Source of the DNA: Lytechinus pictus
Lineage: Eukaryota
Length of the DNA stretch: 64,000 nucleotides
Direction: 5' to 3'
Assembly (NCBI RefSeq): GCF_037042905.1
Contig: NC_087251.1
Span: 39,372,001-39,436,000 of the forward strand
Both the position numbers and the translations under genes were made by a program. The notes beneath the pieces were generated by a model. The model was given only the letters and a program-made list of their open reading frames with translations. It ran no database searches and was not told the origin of the DNA. Every line of letters begins with the position of its first letter. The first letter of the stretch is position 1. Below, in pieces: positions 24,498 to 37,317 of this stretch.

Positions 24498-24599
24498 CTA
24501 CGTATAAAGACAATAAAAAGACAATGCAATTGATAGGTTCCCCAAAGAATGTTTTTAGACCTATGGTTCTTGTGGGTTTGTTTTTAAAGTTTGATTTCA

Positions 24600-24925
24600 G
24601 ATTTAGAAATGTTCTTAGCTACAACTGCTCACATACATAAAAAAGACAATTTAAAAAAAATGCAATTGAAAGGTTCCTCAAAATAGGTTCTGCAACAATG
24701 AGTCTTGTGGATCTCTTTAAGTTACTCTCCTAACTCTGTTGCTTAAAAAGGTAGAACGGTTCCTTGCTGGACCCAGACATGCTCTAGGTTCTAAAACAAA
24801 TCATCTTGTGGATTTGACTCTTATAGTATCTCCTACATCCTTTGCTTCAAAGAGTAGTACTGTTTATACCTGCAACCACACACCTGTTTAAAGATGATAA
24901 GAAAATAATGTACTTTGAGAGGATA
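24600..24925 (-). pseudogene. Decayed duplicates of the acceptor and 5' half of exon 24328-24497
   Basis: From 24883 downward the minus strand reads taaacag|VCGCRYKQYYSLKQRM* versus the real VCGCSKEQYYTLKQRVE. More decayed pieces lie at ~24720-24782 and ~24620-24690. Confidence 0.8.
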
Positions 24926-26562
24926 CAATGACCACTTTTAGTAATTGGAGATTAGAATGCAACATACAAAGATCATTGCTTTCTGATATCCAAGAACTAA
25001 ATTTATGTGAGATAAGCATTCACAAGGTTTGTTTAAAAGAAAAATAACAAGTATAACATTATTGCAATGAAGACATGAGTTTCATCTTGTGCAAGGAAAC
25101 CCATCAGATTTTGATGTGCGAATCCTCAGTCAGTTGAAATGTTTCAAAAGGGAGTAAAATCAATTATGAAATAAATATAATTAAACACAACAACATTGTG
25201 TCTAGACAAAGCGAACTAAGAGAAAAACAATATGTGACTTTTTTCTGTTTCTTTCTGTCACGGACAGACAAATTTGCATAAACATGAATATAAAAATGCG
25301 GTATTACCATTCCTGGACAAATATTTCCCAATATTTTTGTATTTTAGCAAACTGGTGTTTCATCTATAATTAATTGCAAACAAAACTCGAGGCAATTTCA
25401 TGATTGTCAAAATAGGACCAAATCAATATTTTTCAAAAGCGTCCGTCTGTGACGACAGTGTTCAACACCCCTATTCGAAAGTGAGTCATTCCAGACGCTT
25501 TCCGGACCTTACCAAATAAACAAATATGGATTTTAGTAACCTTAGATACCAATGAAAGATCCGGCAGTGATTACATCATAAGAATATTGAAATGAATTTT
25601 TTACCCCAACGCTCACTTTAAATGATCAGGCTCAGTTGAGGATTCTGTTTTGAGCATTGGCGGTAAAGTTTCCTTTGCTTTTCTCAGACCTCAAACAATT
25701 ATTCATCTCCATATTCCAGCATATCTTCTCTATCATATATCAAATTGATATTGGAAGAAATCTGAGACTTCAAGTGTATACCCAAAACTCAAATTCAAAT
25801 GTAAACACTCCATGAAACAGAATGAGATGCGCGCAGAATAGCTGGAGGCCCCTGAACGGACGACGATCGAATAACACAACAACCCACGTCCCCATCCACG
25901 TACACCCTATGCAAGCGACGGGGACATACATAATGGGATAGCTTGCATCTTCCCCTTGTATACACACATACACAGGTTTCTCCCACATAGACGTCCCCTT
26001 CATACAACATCGCCGCTTAAAAAAGAAGACGGCAAAAATGAAAAGGCCAGAGCGGTACTGCACTTGTGCACTCATTCTGATGGGGTATGACGGAGTCCGC
26101 ACACTGAATCACGTCTAATCAGGGCTGAAAATCAATGAAGACCGGCGGATTATGCCTACTGGCTAAGAACAGGGCTTAGGCTTTGCTGAGCTTAGACAGA
26201 ATGATGGGTACAAGAAGGGGTTATTGAGGCAGTTCTCCCTCTCTCTGACTTAAACTGCATTTTACTAAGAATCTTTAGAATCTATATGAAATATCCTTGC
26301 CGATGAGAAAGTCATCACATTAAAAACCCCTTTGTTATGCTATGGCATTGAAAATTTTGATTGATATCATATGTTTAATTAAAAATAAATCAAGACAATT
26401 CACAACAAGTGGGAAATATATGATACTTGATGTTTCCATGTAATGCATTGGAAATGAGATTTTTAAGGCAGTCACATACATGACTGTATACCATAGGAAA
26501 TATGTAAGTTAACCTATGGTATCTTCTGCTGATGTAGATATACTATAATGATCCTCACTTAG

Positions 26563-26789
26563 GGGGTGTGTTGCAAGAACATATTTGCAATCAATTGCAA
26601 ATATTCTGCTGCAATTTTACAATTTATAGATCAATTTCAACTGTAGCAAATCAGATTATTAAATACACTGCTTGTTTCTAGCAGCAGATTAGCAATCGAT
26701 CGCAAATTTGCAATCAATTGCAAGATATATGATTGATTTCAGGCCCTAAACTTGCCTTGCAATCAATTGAAGGATTCTTGAAACACCCC
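26563..26789. mobile_element. PIF/Harbinger-like MITE with gcaatcaattgc subrepeats
   Basis: Ends ggggtgtgttgcaagaa / ttcttgaaacacccc. Confidence 0.65.
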
Positions 26790-27249
26790 AATTGACTACA
26801 ACTTTCATGCTTGTGTGCTATATGATACTCATTACAATGGGTGATTCAAATATTTTATCCTGATTTGAAAATTTGTGCATCATAATTAAGAGGAAAATGT
26901 CATGGTCATTATGATTTTTGTGATAGAATTTCAGGTATTGCTTTTTGTGAGCAACTATCAGCAAAGGAAATTTAATTTCAAGAGATTAAAAAGTCAGGAT
27001 CAGGAACAAGAGTGTCCATAAGCATTTCATTGTCATCATTTCATTGTAATCAACTCTGCAAAAAAAATTTGACAATGAAGCAAGTTGTCCTTGAGGATAA
27101 AAGGAAAAGGATAATTTCTGTTTTCCTAAATGTCTATTTCTTGGTAAACATTTATTATCTTTTTATCTTTCTCAAAGTTTTCATACACCACATCATAAAA
27201 TATGGTGATTACGGGCAAAATAGCATTAATGAAAGGTCCCTCGTGACAG

Positions 27250-27830
27250 CATAAAATGTCAATGTTGCATTTTCTATATTCATCTGCTTGCTATAATACC
27301 TCAAGGCAAATTGTGACATAATAAAATATCACAATTTATATTTAGATATAACTCCAAGCAATAAATGCAAAAGAATACAGCTAAACATCGTGTGGAGAGA
27401 ATATAATATTTTTCAACAAATTTATTGAGTATAAAAATGAATTTTCATTATTTTTTCCCCCATAATATTCTGACATAATAAAATGTTACAATCTATATCT
27501 AGATATAACTCCAAGCAATAAATGCTAAGGAATACAGCTGAACATCGTGTGGAGAGAATATATTTTTCAAATTTATTTAGTATAAAATCTATTTTTTCCA
27601 TAAAATTTTGACATAATAAAATGTCAAATTTTATTAAAATCAAAACCCTTGCAATAAATGCAAGGGAATACACCATTACATGGTGAACGTGGTAGGAGGG
27701 GGATATTATTCAAATTCATTTTTCATTGAATTACTTTCATTAAATTATTGCCATTAAATTCCGATATATCATGTCACAATCTATATTTGGATGAAGATCT
27801 TAGCATAAATGCAAAGGAATAAAGGTAAAT
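27250..27830. repeat. Decayed local tandem repeat, ~140-160-bp units, 3-4 copies
   Basis: gacataataaaat...gcaataaatgc..gaataca recurs at ~27315, 27472 and 27610, partly at 27770. Confidence 0.7.
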
Positions 27831-28707
27831 TATTCCCATGATCCCCCTCCACTGCCACCCCCTCCTGTTTTTCCACTTGCTGTTACTGGGGATTTCTCTA
27901 TACATTGTGTTAAAAAAACATCAATTTACATTTATGAAAAAAAGAATAAGTTGAAAATATGTGGTCCCAGATGTTTTTTTCTAAAACGCATAATATATAC
28001 CAATTAATATTTCAAACAAAAGCATCTGATTACACTGATTTGACATAAGAAGCTAAATGTAAAAACATTATGTATATATATAAAGGTAATAATATACTTG
28101 CAATTACTAAAAATTCTTCTAAATTACCTAAATACATCATTAATGTTGACAAAGCAAATCATTCCCGAATCATCCAGAAAAAGAAATTTTATGTCATATA
28201 TATGATCATTAAAGAAACATGATAGCATGATCTCCAGGGCTACACTCAAATTTGTATACACTGATGTGTTGAAATAGACATGTCATCATGATCTTCAGTA
28301 GTACATGATAATACAATTTTTCTCCATAAAATTATGTTTTGAAAGTATAAACGAAATAATATGTTTTAACTTTTAAGATTGGTATTTTTTAACAAATACT
28401 ATATACAATTTTGATTAAAGAATTAATTTTGATTTTTAAAAATTATAATGAAATTCATTTTCCTCATTATGTTTGTATATGTATAATGGTACATGTATAA
28501 TGCTACTGTTATGATATAATGTCCTCTAATATGAAATGTAATGTGTGGAGAATTATTGTAAGCATGCTAAAATTTCAGCCATTTTGGATGCCATGTATGC
28601 AATTGAATTTGTGAAATAAAATACCATTATTGAATTGAATTGAATTGAAAAATATAATCAATTAACTTGATTTTTTTTTTGGCCAACATACAGATACAGA
28701 TCAAGAA

Positions 28708-29395
28708 TGGGTCAAATGCATAAAAAGCAGAAATTGCTTTTGCTAGGCTCATGCTTGGCTTTTAAATGATTCCGTATGCATAAAAATGAGCGCGCAATTG
28801 CTTTTGCTAGTAAGTTCAAGCAATCGCTAACTGACTGCTAGCATTTCCTTGACGGTTAAGCTATCGCTTAAAAGCATATATGCATAAAGTGAGCATTTCG
28901 CTTTGGCACACTTGCTTGGGTTTTTCAAGCTCCATCAGGGCGTTTGCTTGATCAGGGTATTCACGCTTTTAAATAATGTTTATGCACTTGAGAGAAAAAC
29001 CCACGGTGCACCGTAACCTACATGTATTTGTTTTCTTCCTATTTAGTGCAAACCAAATGCCACATATATGAATTTATCAAAAAGAAACGAGTTAGTTTGA
29101 CACCACGTCTGAGGAAAAGATGTTTGATAGAAAAGAAGCGGTGCACAGCATTGTGTTCAAGTCCTACCTGATCTGCAAGTTGTGTTCACACAAGAGTGCT
29201 GCAGCATGCCATCGCTATTGTTCAAACCGCTAGCAATTGCTTTCTGAAGGCAAGAAAAGGGTTCAAGCACTAGCAAGGGGTTATGCATTATGAAATAAAG
29301 CAATTGCTGAAGCATGATCTTTTGCTTTGCTAGTTATTGCTTGTGCTTGAAGCAACTGCTGGCAAGAAATTGCTGCTTGTTATGCATCTGATCCA
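28708..29395. mobile_element. PIF/Harbinger-like MITE (~690 bp)
   Basis: TIRs tgggtcaaatgcataaaaagcag / ctgcttgttatgcatctgatcca; internal repeated ttgctt/aagcaa and tatgca motifs. Confidence 0.7.
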
Positions 29396-29934
29396 TAATC
29401 AAGCAAGAGCATTTGAATTCATAGGCATTCCTTGTATCAGTATGTGCTCAGCCTTCCATACATGTCTTCCACTCAGGAGGTGTCATAACGCCAATGGGGC
29501 GCAACAAAACATCCCTCAACACGGCATCCATACTGCTATCTCATTATCGCCATTTTAGAATAAGCCCCAGCCTAAGCCACTGATCACTGTTCATTCATGA
29601 AAATGTCCTCGTTAATTTGTAAGCCAATGTGTCATCAAGTCACCCACCAAAGGAGATGGCAGATGTTTGTCATGGAAACTCGTCGTCGTCGGGAGACGTT
29701 TCCATACAGAAGCGAACATACATGCATGCTCTGGTTGTGGAATGAGACCCTCTATATTGCATTACTAACCATACATGTATCATGGCTAGGCCAAGACACG
29801 TTTTGATGCGAGTGTGTCATGTGGAACAGATCCTACAGTATATAAATTACTGTTCTTATTTGCAATTGTGAAATTAACTTCATACGGATCCTCGTTCTAA
29901 TGAATTCCATGATATATAAACTACTCAATATTAT

Positions 29935-30100
29935 CACACTTTAGATCATAATTACTTGGAGGCAAGTCTGTATACATGAAAGGTTAATTTGAGCGAAAGT
30001 TAAGTTAAACTGAAGTTACCGTGTTTACAAGAAAAAGTTGATGGACGGACGGACACGTGATACGATAATATGTTCCATAGCAAGGGCTTATAAAAAAAAA
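29935..30100 (+). mobile_element. 3' fragment of a Helentron-associated (HINE/DINE-like) element
   Basis: Shares taagttaaactgaagtta..gtgtttacaag, (ggac)n and the 3' end with 39961-40385. Confidence 0.6.
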
Positions 30101-30458
30101 TAATTAAAGGGGTACATCATGATTTGTATTGATTTTTATCAAAAAGAAACAAAACTTATAAACAATATTTTGTTGTGAAAGATTATACTTAGATCAATAA
30201 AGTAAAATAACTTCTTAAACTTCTGACATACACCCATGTATTTTCCTGAAAATGCAAAGCCAATGCCCATGATGGCAAAGTCAGCGAGAAGCCTGAATGT
30301 GACCGTCAATGGATGTGGGCAAATGACAATGATTAAAATGCCATCAAGGAATTTAGTCATCTTTGACTCATTATCAGTAATGTGGGATGACCCTTTGGTA
30401 TTTTAGGAACAGCATGTTCACACAAAACTACCTGAGTCAGAGTAAACTTTACACATCA

Positions 30459-30589
30459 GGATCCTGTAGCATAAAAATTAGTGATTAATTGTACAGTTTT
30501 GATTTTGACAATTGTACATTGTGGTCAATGTAATCAATCGTTTAAAAAATGGTTCTGCTATCATTGCAAAGTTTTGTATTATGGGCACA
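30459..30589 (+). mobile_element. Short Harbinger-like MITE; inverted family copy at ~35256-35386
   Basis: Interior gattaattgtaca..gtcaatgtaatcaatcg is the reverse complement of cgattgattgcattgac..tgtacaattaatc at 35.3 kb. Confidence 0.6.
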
Positions 30590-31312
30590 AGAAATAGCCA
30601 ATTTAGGGAAAGAATGTGCCATGAACATGCAAACAGGGATACATGTCCAGAAAGAAGTACTTATCACAAAAAATAATGAGACAATTTTTGTGTGGTATCC
30701 GTTTGTGCTCTTATAATCGAGGAGGTATTGTTTGCTGTGACATCAATTTGACTTGTGTCAGAGTAAGGCACGAACACAATGATGTTCATGACATCACAAT
30801 CCTACACAATTTGCAGTTAACTTCATTGAAAAGTATACCTTTCAATATAAAGCAAAACAAGGATTGATAGTAAAGAGCGTTTTCTAAACAATTATGTCTA
30901 TCTCATTAAAAGGTATTGTGTGGTGAATTTTAACTGCAATTCTGATGGATGGATACATCTTGATTCGTGCACTGCCTTCATGTCTTAATGTGACACAATT
31001 CAAATTTTACATCACATAAAATAATTCATCCTTAATATCCACATGTAAACATATCCAATTGAATATTTCAAAGATATTAATTCCCTGACAAGAACTTTCA
31101 TTAAATTATTATCAGGTTATAATTATTTTTTCTCTCAATTTATGCATTTAGCCTCCGCTGACTATCAGGTCTTAACGCATCACGACTTAACATCAATCTC
31201 ACCATTAGATGTTGATTCCAACCACCTAGCAAGAAAGTCATAAAAGTAAAGGTCAGACTAAATTCAGAATAAGTCAAAATATATAGTTCACTAACTATAT
31301 ATAGTCCAACAT

Positions 31313-31814
31313 CAGTAGGCTGATTTAAATCACGTTGATTTAGATCACTATGATTTTTTTTTTAAATCATTGATTTAAATCACTTCAATTGACACCTGTG
31401 CATATGATTGATTTTTTATTTTATTTGGGCAGTTTAATTTTTTTTTACTCAAACTAGAAAGATTTTATCATAAAAACATTAATAAATCCTTCATATCTAC
31501 TCAAAACAATTGAAATCATGTCAATGAAATCAGGTTGATATGGCAATGTAGGCTATAAGCAGTTAACACTTAGCCCCCAACTCCATTTTCTCTATGATTT
31601 AAAAAAAACAATCATTGATTTAAATCACTTCCCTTTATTGATAATTTTAGTTGTTTAATGTATGATTTTGAAAATGATTTGAGTGTAAGGGTTATATTTT
31701 TTCTTGTTTCCACATTGTTTCAGAAATTATCATTAAAATTTTTTTTTTAAATCTGATTTAAATTTTTTTTAATCTGATTAAAAAAAAATTTAATAAAAAA
31801 AATCACCAACCCTG
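31313..31814. mobile_element. hAT-like non-autonomous element with GATTTAAATC subterminal repeats
   Basis: Right end aaatcaccaaccctg, decayed left end cagtaggctgattt, many gatttaaatc motifs. No TSD recognisable. Confidence 0.55.
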
Positions 31815-32498
31815 CGAGCCAGACAGTTATTGATTCAAATAATTTTTACATGCAAAACGAGTTACAAATCTATACCATCAGAAGATAATTGCCGATATTA
31901 ATGAAAAAAAGTTTGTGCATTTTTATCAAAGTATGTCAATTTAAGCATTAGAGCTTCTTGGATATGCCTGTACATGTAAATTTAAATACAGCTGATTTTT
32001 CTTTTGTAAATCGTAACTTATTTTCAGTAGCATATAACACATGAAAATCATGCACTACTTGTTTCATGAAATGCGCCCTAGGTATGTATTATCAAAATAA
32101 ATTGGTGATTGATTTTATTTCACTGACAACTGTTATAAGCTACTGAAATCCTTGCATCTGATTGGCTCAGAACAATTTTGCTGGTGAAAATCACAGACAA
32201 GAGGGTTCATGAAACACTCCTATAGAGTGGGTATGTACAGTATATTGATCAATCTATCATATTCTAACCTCCAGCCATAGCATAATACCAAGCGGGAACA
32301 TGCCAATGCATAATCTAAAGGACAGTGTTATCTACTGCTGATGTAGACATACTGGATTTCGTTAACATTATGAAATTCATAGCATTATACATGAATATAT
32401 TTATTTTATTGTACATCAGTCATCCCTCATGACTGCATTGACTATAATGTGGATACAATGTTAGTATACGTTTAAAGATATCTCAATGGTTATATATA

Positions 32499-32725
32499 GG
32501 GGAAGGCGGGGTAAGTTGAGCATAGGGGCAAGTTGGGCCATTTGACATCGTTTTTTTCAAAGGTCACAATGACGTTCAGTGTGGGGGTAGAAAGTTATAT
32601 ATAGGTGAAAAATATTTTCCAAGAATCAGATTTAAAGGCAGGGTACTTATTTCTACAATATTATTAGTCATATCAATTCTAACATGCAAAATGCAAAAAG
32701 TGACACAACTTACCCCGCCTTCCCC
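32499..32725. mobile_element. TA-TSD MITE (Tc1/pogo-like) inserted in the left arm of the palindrome
   Basis: Perfect TIR GGGGAAGGCGGGGTAAGTTG / CAACTTACCCCGCCTTCCCC. Comparison with the opposite arm shows a net 2-bp TA duplication. Confidence 0.9.
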
Positions 32726-32752
32726 TATCTGCTGATGATGTAGAAACATTTT

Positions 32753-33131
32753 GGCCTGAATTCACAAAGGTAGTTTTTTAAACAATCGGTTGAACCCATG
32801 GTTTTTGCAGATTTCCTGTATGAATTGTGCTTATTTATCGTGTATGTTAACAAATGTCCAATGCTCAAGGCGTGCGTTTGTCACAATGCGCCAAATTGAC
32901 GCCTGTTGCCATGGTTAAGCACACTGTTTTACTCATGAGTCCACTCTTCAAAACAAAGGACTCATTAATAAAATAGCATACTTAACCACGGCAACAGGCT
33001 TCAATTTGCGCACTGTGACAAAAGCGCGCAATAGCATTGGACATTTGTTAACATACATGATAAATATTAAATCTGCAAAAACAATGGGTTCAACCGATTG
33101 TTTTAAAAGACTACCTTTGTGAATTCAGGCC
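32753..33131. mobile_element. Palindromic Harbinger-like MITE (family copy at 56546-56947)
   Basis: GGCCTGAATTCACAAAGGTAGT / ACTACCTTTGTGAATTCAGGCC; arms are complementary almost to the centre. Confidence 0.85.
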
Positions 33132-33720
33132 AAAATGTTTCTACATCATCAGTAGATACATACAACCATTTAGATATCTTTAGACGTATTCTGACATTGT
33201 ATCCACATTATATTCATGTAGTCATGAGGGATGACTGATGTACAATAAAATAAATACATTCATGTATAATGCTATGAATTTCATGTTAACAAAATCCAGT
33301 ATGTCTACATCAGCAGTAGATAACATTCTCTGTAAGTCTCTTTCAATTGGATTTTAAGTGATTTCTTAACCTCTAACTGTTTTATATTTTGTTTTTGTCT
33401 TTGTTTTTGCATCAACAAATTAATAAATTAGGCCTACAATACCTACACTTCAAACACAATCAAGGCTACTTTTTTAGTATAAATTACCTAAAATTTATTT
33501 TATGTTTGTAATTATTATTCATAATACAGGGGTGCAGAGAATACTGTGGAATTCACAGGGGTTTGCAAAATGAATTTACACTAAAAAGTTCAGGGATCAA
33601 ATGGATTCAGGTCAATCTGTGCTTGGTGATCAGCCATACTAGGGATATAAGTTAAAACCCTGAGGATTGCTTTCAGATCTGAAATGATTTAAATATAAAT
33701 CTTAATCATCTAGCCATCTG

Positions 33721-34459
33721 GGTCCCGTCTTACAAAGAGTTACGATCGGTCCAATCAATCACAACTATGGAAAGCCGGCAACGTCAACATCTAGAATAAG
33801 AATGCATGTTTGTTGATTGATTGATTGATAAAAATTTAACGACACTATCAACACATGCGTGTCATATAAGTGTCGGACGGTTAATCTAGAAAGGTTACTA
33901 TAATACAGTACAAATTACACTAATGCAACTTTACAAAGGAACAGGATTATAAATTAGTAATTATCAGTAATAAATTAATACGTTAACCACTTCCCCGGGA
34001 TAACTTCCCTACTCTTTACGAAAAGAGGAGTAGGTTTTTTAACGTGCAAATGCTGTGACTCTCCCTTACACGGGACCGACGGCTTAGAGTCTCCTCCGAA
34101 AGACTAGACAATCGGAATAAAATACCTTGCCCAAGGGTATACCTGTTGTGATTGGGAATCGAACAGTTTCCCACCTAAAATCTAATAAACAGATTGATCT
34201 CCTTTAGGAAATTTACAATACATAATCGTGAAATATCTCTAAATAATGTCTTAACATACTTTTTTATAATTCAGTTGTTGAACATATTTTCTAGTTATGA
34301 TGTATATTCATACATTTACTGGTTTTTGACAATTCAATACGCTTCTCTTTGTTTTCAAAGGACATTGCACAAATTTCCTAAAGAAAAATTATGACAATGA
34401 TGGATTTCCATATACTTGAGGTTGATTGGCTCAATTGTAAATCTTTGAAAGACGGAGCC
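33721..34459 (+). mobile_element. Harbinger-like MITE interrupted by a SINE (intact copy at 46021-46289)
   Basis: TIRs ggtcccgtct / agacggagcc, flanks ctg/ctg. Both halves match the 46021-46289 element. Confidence 0.8.
33813..34164 (-). mobile_element. 5'-truncated SINE with a Deu-like core and (CAAT)n tail
   Basis: Minus strand starts at B box GTTCGATTCCC. Core ttcggaggagactctaagccgtcggtcccgtg...gcacgttaaaaaacc...ttcgtaaagagtaggg..cccgg resembles the Deu domain as recalled. Confidence 0.7.
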
Positions 34460-36353
34460 CTGATATGGATCTATTTTAATCCATTAAATCAAGAAAGTAA
34501 GAATATGATTTCAATCATAATTTGTAATCAATATTCGTTGATTTCTTACTTTCCTTTTAGTGAGTAATAGTATAAATATTCAGGTCAATGATATTTGTAT
34601 TTAGCATAATACACAGTGCACACTCATAAATCTCCAAAGAAAGCTTCAATGTATTTCTTCAACTCTCATATAATTGGAATGAAAGCAAAGAGAGAGGGGA
34701 TGGTGATTCCAGCTATCTATAAATAAGAAACAAGTATAAATCACACGTTTGTATATTTGGTTCTCTACATACGTCATACGGCCGCAGAACAGGCACCTGA
34801 GCAAATGGGAGGCTCGCTGAAGAACAGCTTAAAAAGAAAACATTCTCCCACTTCATTAAACTGACTTCCTTTCCTCTGGGGTAGTACTTCTGGATGAAGA
34901 AAACCTCTGACACCTGATTCATTCGTTTCCATGGCAACAGAATACGGGGAAAGGAAATGGGAGTTGGAGACAGGAGGCTTGTGTTTTAGGGAGATATCTT
35001 GATATAGCTTAATACCTGCTTGTCTGGTCCAAGAGAGGATTTCGATTCAAGCACGGACTGTGGTTTTAATCAGACAGAGAGCATTCGACCATGCACTCCA
35101 AAGATCCATCTTATTAAAGATTTTGTCCAAGTGTGGGAATAAGAGCTAGATCACTTTATCTAAAGTTCTCTTCAGGCTTTCGACAAACTAAATCATTTGC
35201 TAGAAACCACTCAAATACAATTAAACAGGCTTTCTTTCTCAGCAGACTGATACGGGGGGCCCGTAACACAAAGCTTAGCGATCAACGTAGAACATGCTTT
35301 AACGATTGATTGCATTGACTACATTATACAATCAATTGTGAGAATCAAATGTACAATTAATCTCTAACCTTTATGTTACGGGAACTAGGAGGATAATGCT
35401 AAACAGAATTCAAGTCTATTCTCACAACTTGATAGATTCTAACTAGTTTGATATTGACTACTTCACACTCGCAAAAGGTTCTAGAAATGTCCATAATCCA
35501 ATCCTGCAAAATCATTCGGAAAATATTCCACACTCATCTTCATAACGTACATGCCAGTTAAAGTTTCATATTCAAGAGAGGCTTCAGAGCCCTATGCAGA
35601 TTAAAGCAGTAAGAACAAAATGCTGAAGAAATTAATATATATTTATCTCATATCAAATGTGTTAACTATATACACTATATACACAATGAAGATCAAATAT
35701 CCATTGCTTTCCAAGGATCATTACTCCCATCAAGGTTTCCTCAAAAGTAAGATTCTGATAATTCATCAGTGATTTTACAAACTATCCTAAACCTTGGCTG
35801 GTCTCCAAAACAAGATTTTGAGATGATCACATTCAAAGTTTGGATGTTCTTCAGACATAAGCAAATCACAGCAATTATTCATATAAATTTAAAGCATAAA
35901 TATGCAAACAAAAATTCATCATTTCCATATTTGAAATTAAGCATAGTAGGTAAGCAATTAATAATAAAAAATTATTTATGAAAAATAGGGGTTAAGGACA
36001 CCAAATATAATTATCATTTTAGCATTTTTAGCATTATAAACTTTGGTTTATGATGGTTTTTAAAATCACTCAATACATATGATTGAACTGCAGTGAGTGG
36101 TTTATCAACAGGCCCCACACATTATTTGTGACATTTCAAATATTTTACCCATCCAATTTGAGTAAAAATCAGGCTACAACATCAAATTAATCAATCCAAT
36201 TTGGTAAAATGAGTATATAGCAAATAAATTTCTCTTGCTTATTGTTGTCCGTGATAAAAACATTGTTGTTTCATGAGATGCTACTCAGTTCTACCATATA
36301 TCAATTATGCCTCCAATACTTGTTTGTGTTTACTTACATATGAACTTTATTTT

Positions 36354-36893
36354 GAACAAGGCATAAGCAATTTTGTGTCTCACCCACTTATGAAAATAAC
36401 CAGAAATATCGTGATTTGTGAGGGCATGCAACAAAATTGTATCAAAACTTAATTGTGAAATAACTTAGATGGAATAACATTTGTCATAAGAGTCTTGCAC
36501 GTAAATTTTAATGTTGACCTCAAAATGAAATTTGACCTTTCCATGTGACCTCCAAACACAATAACATGCAGGTATCCTAAGCACACGGCCGTGTGTTGCT
36601 GCCCTCTACGTTCGAAGATGTACAGCACGATATCAAAATGGCGGATAGGCGAAAGACATTGATTGCTCAGAACGATGTCCAAAAACCCCAAAATTATTGA
36701 TAAAACTTCATCCAACCCTAAAATAATGCTAATAACATGAAAGGTGAGGATGTATTTATGCTAAATATGTTTGTTAAAAGATGTTATGTAATCGTTTACA
36801 TCCAATGAACGCGGATTTCAAAGCGTTCTTGGTACAGTGGCAGATACAAATTTTGACCAACGTGAGTTTGTGACATCGCTATAATGCATAAAA
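36354..36893 (+). mobile_element. Decayed Helentron-associated (HINE-like) element
   Basis: Starts aacaagg; subterminal inverted pair aattttgtgtctcacccact / agtggcagatacaaatt; internal tgacct motifs; A-rich end. Confidence 0.45.
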
Positions 36894-37057
36894 AATGCGT
36901 ATTGATTATATGTTAATTTGGTGATTGTAATCAATATCGGTAAGAAATTTTTAGCAATACATCAACAGAGAATTTTCTTAACGATAGCTCTAATAAATTA
37001 TATATCAGAAGTTGTCAGATTGTATCAGAATATTGAAGATGTCAAAATTTTCAGCTC

Positions 37058-37317
37058 CTGTGGCATAATGAGCAAAAAGATACTAAGGGGGCCCGACATG
37101 GCGCCTAAGGCAAAACATCTAAAAAGTTGCAAATATGCAAAGGCGAGCAAGAGCATTTTTTTTTGTAATGTTTGATTTTGTGTTAGATTGAAATGACATA
37201 ATATTCAGAAAATATATCAAATTTTTCACAAATTTTTCCTTTCCCTTTTATTCCTTTCTTTTTATTTGGTTGTAAAACCAATATCTCCCCCCCCCCCCTC
37301 CCATCTGTACACCAGTG
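37058..37317. mobile_element. Decayed hAT-like MITE
   Basis: Ends ctgtggcata / tacaccagtg (CAGTGGCGTA type), 8-bp TSD ttcagctc/ctcagctc, subterminal poly-C. Confidence 0.6.

Larger units (their letters stand above)
32326..33325. repeat. 1-kb compound palindrome: palindromic MITE plus inverted-duplicated flanks
   Basis: 32326-32498 plus 32726-32752 is the reverse complement of 33132-33325. The central MITE at 32753-33131 is itself palindromic. Confidence 0.9.

Noticed and set aside
21434..24640. Repeated plus-strand ORFs ending YFCWSSLYSSLHSSSSFS
   Set aside because: Antisense shadows of the minus-strand exon and its duplicates. The array also lacks unique spacers, so it is not CRISPR-like.
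25160..25790. Possible TE with an inverted gtcacggacagac / gtccgtctgtgac pair
   Set aside because: No termini or TSD could be defined.
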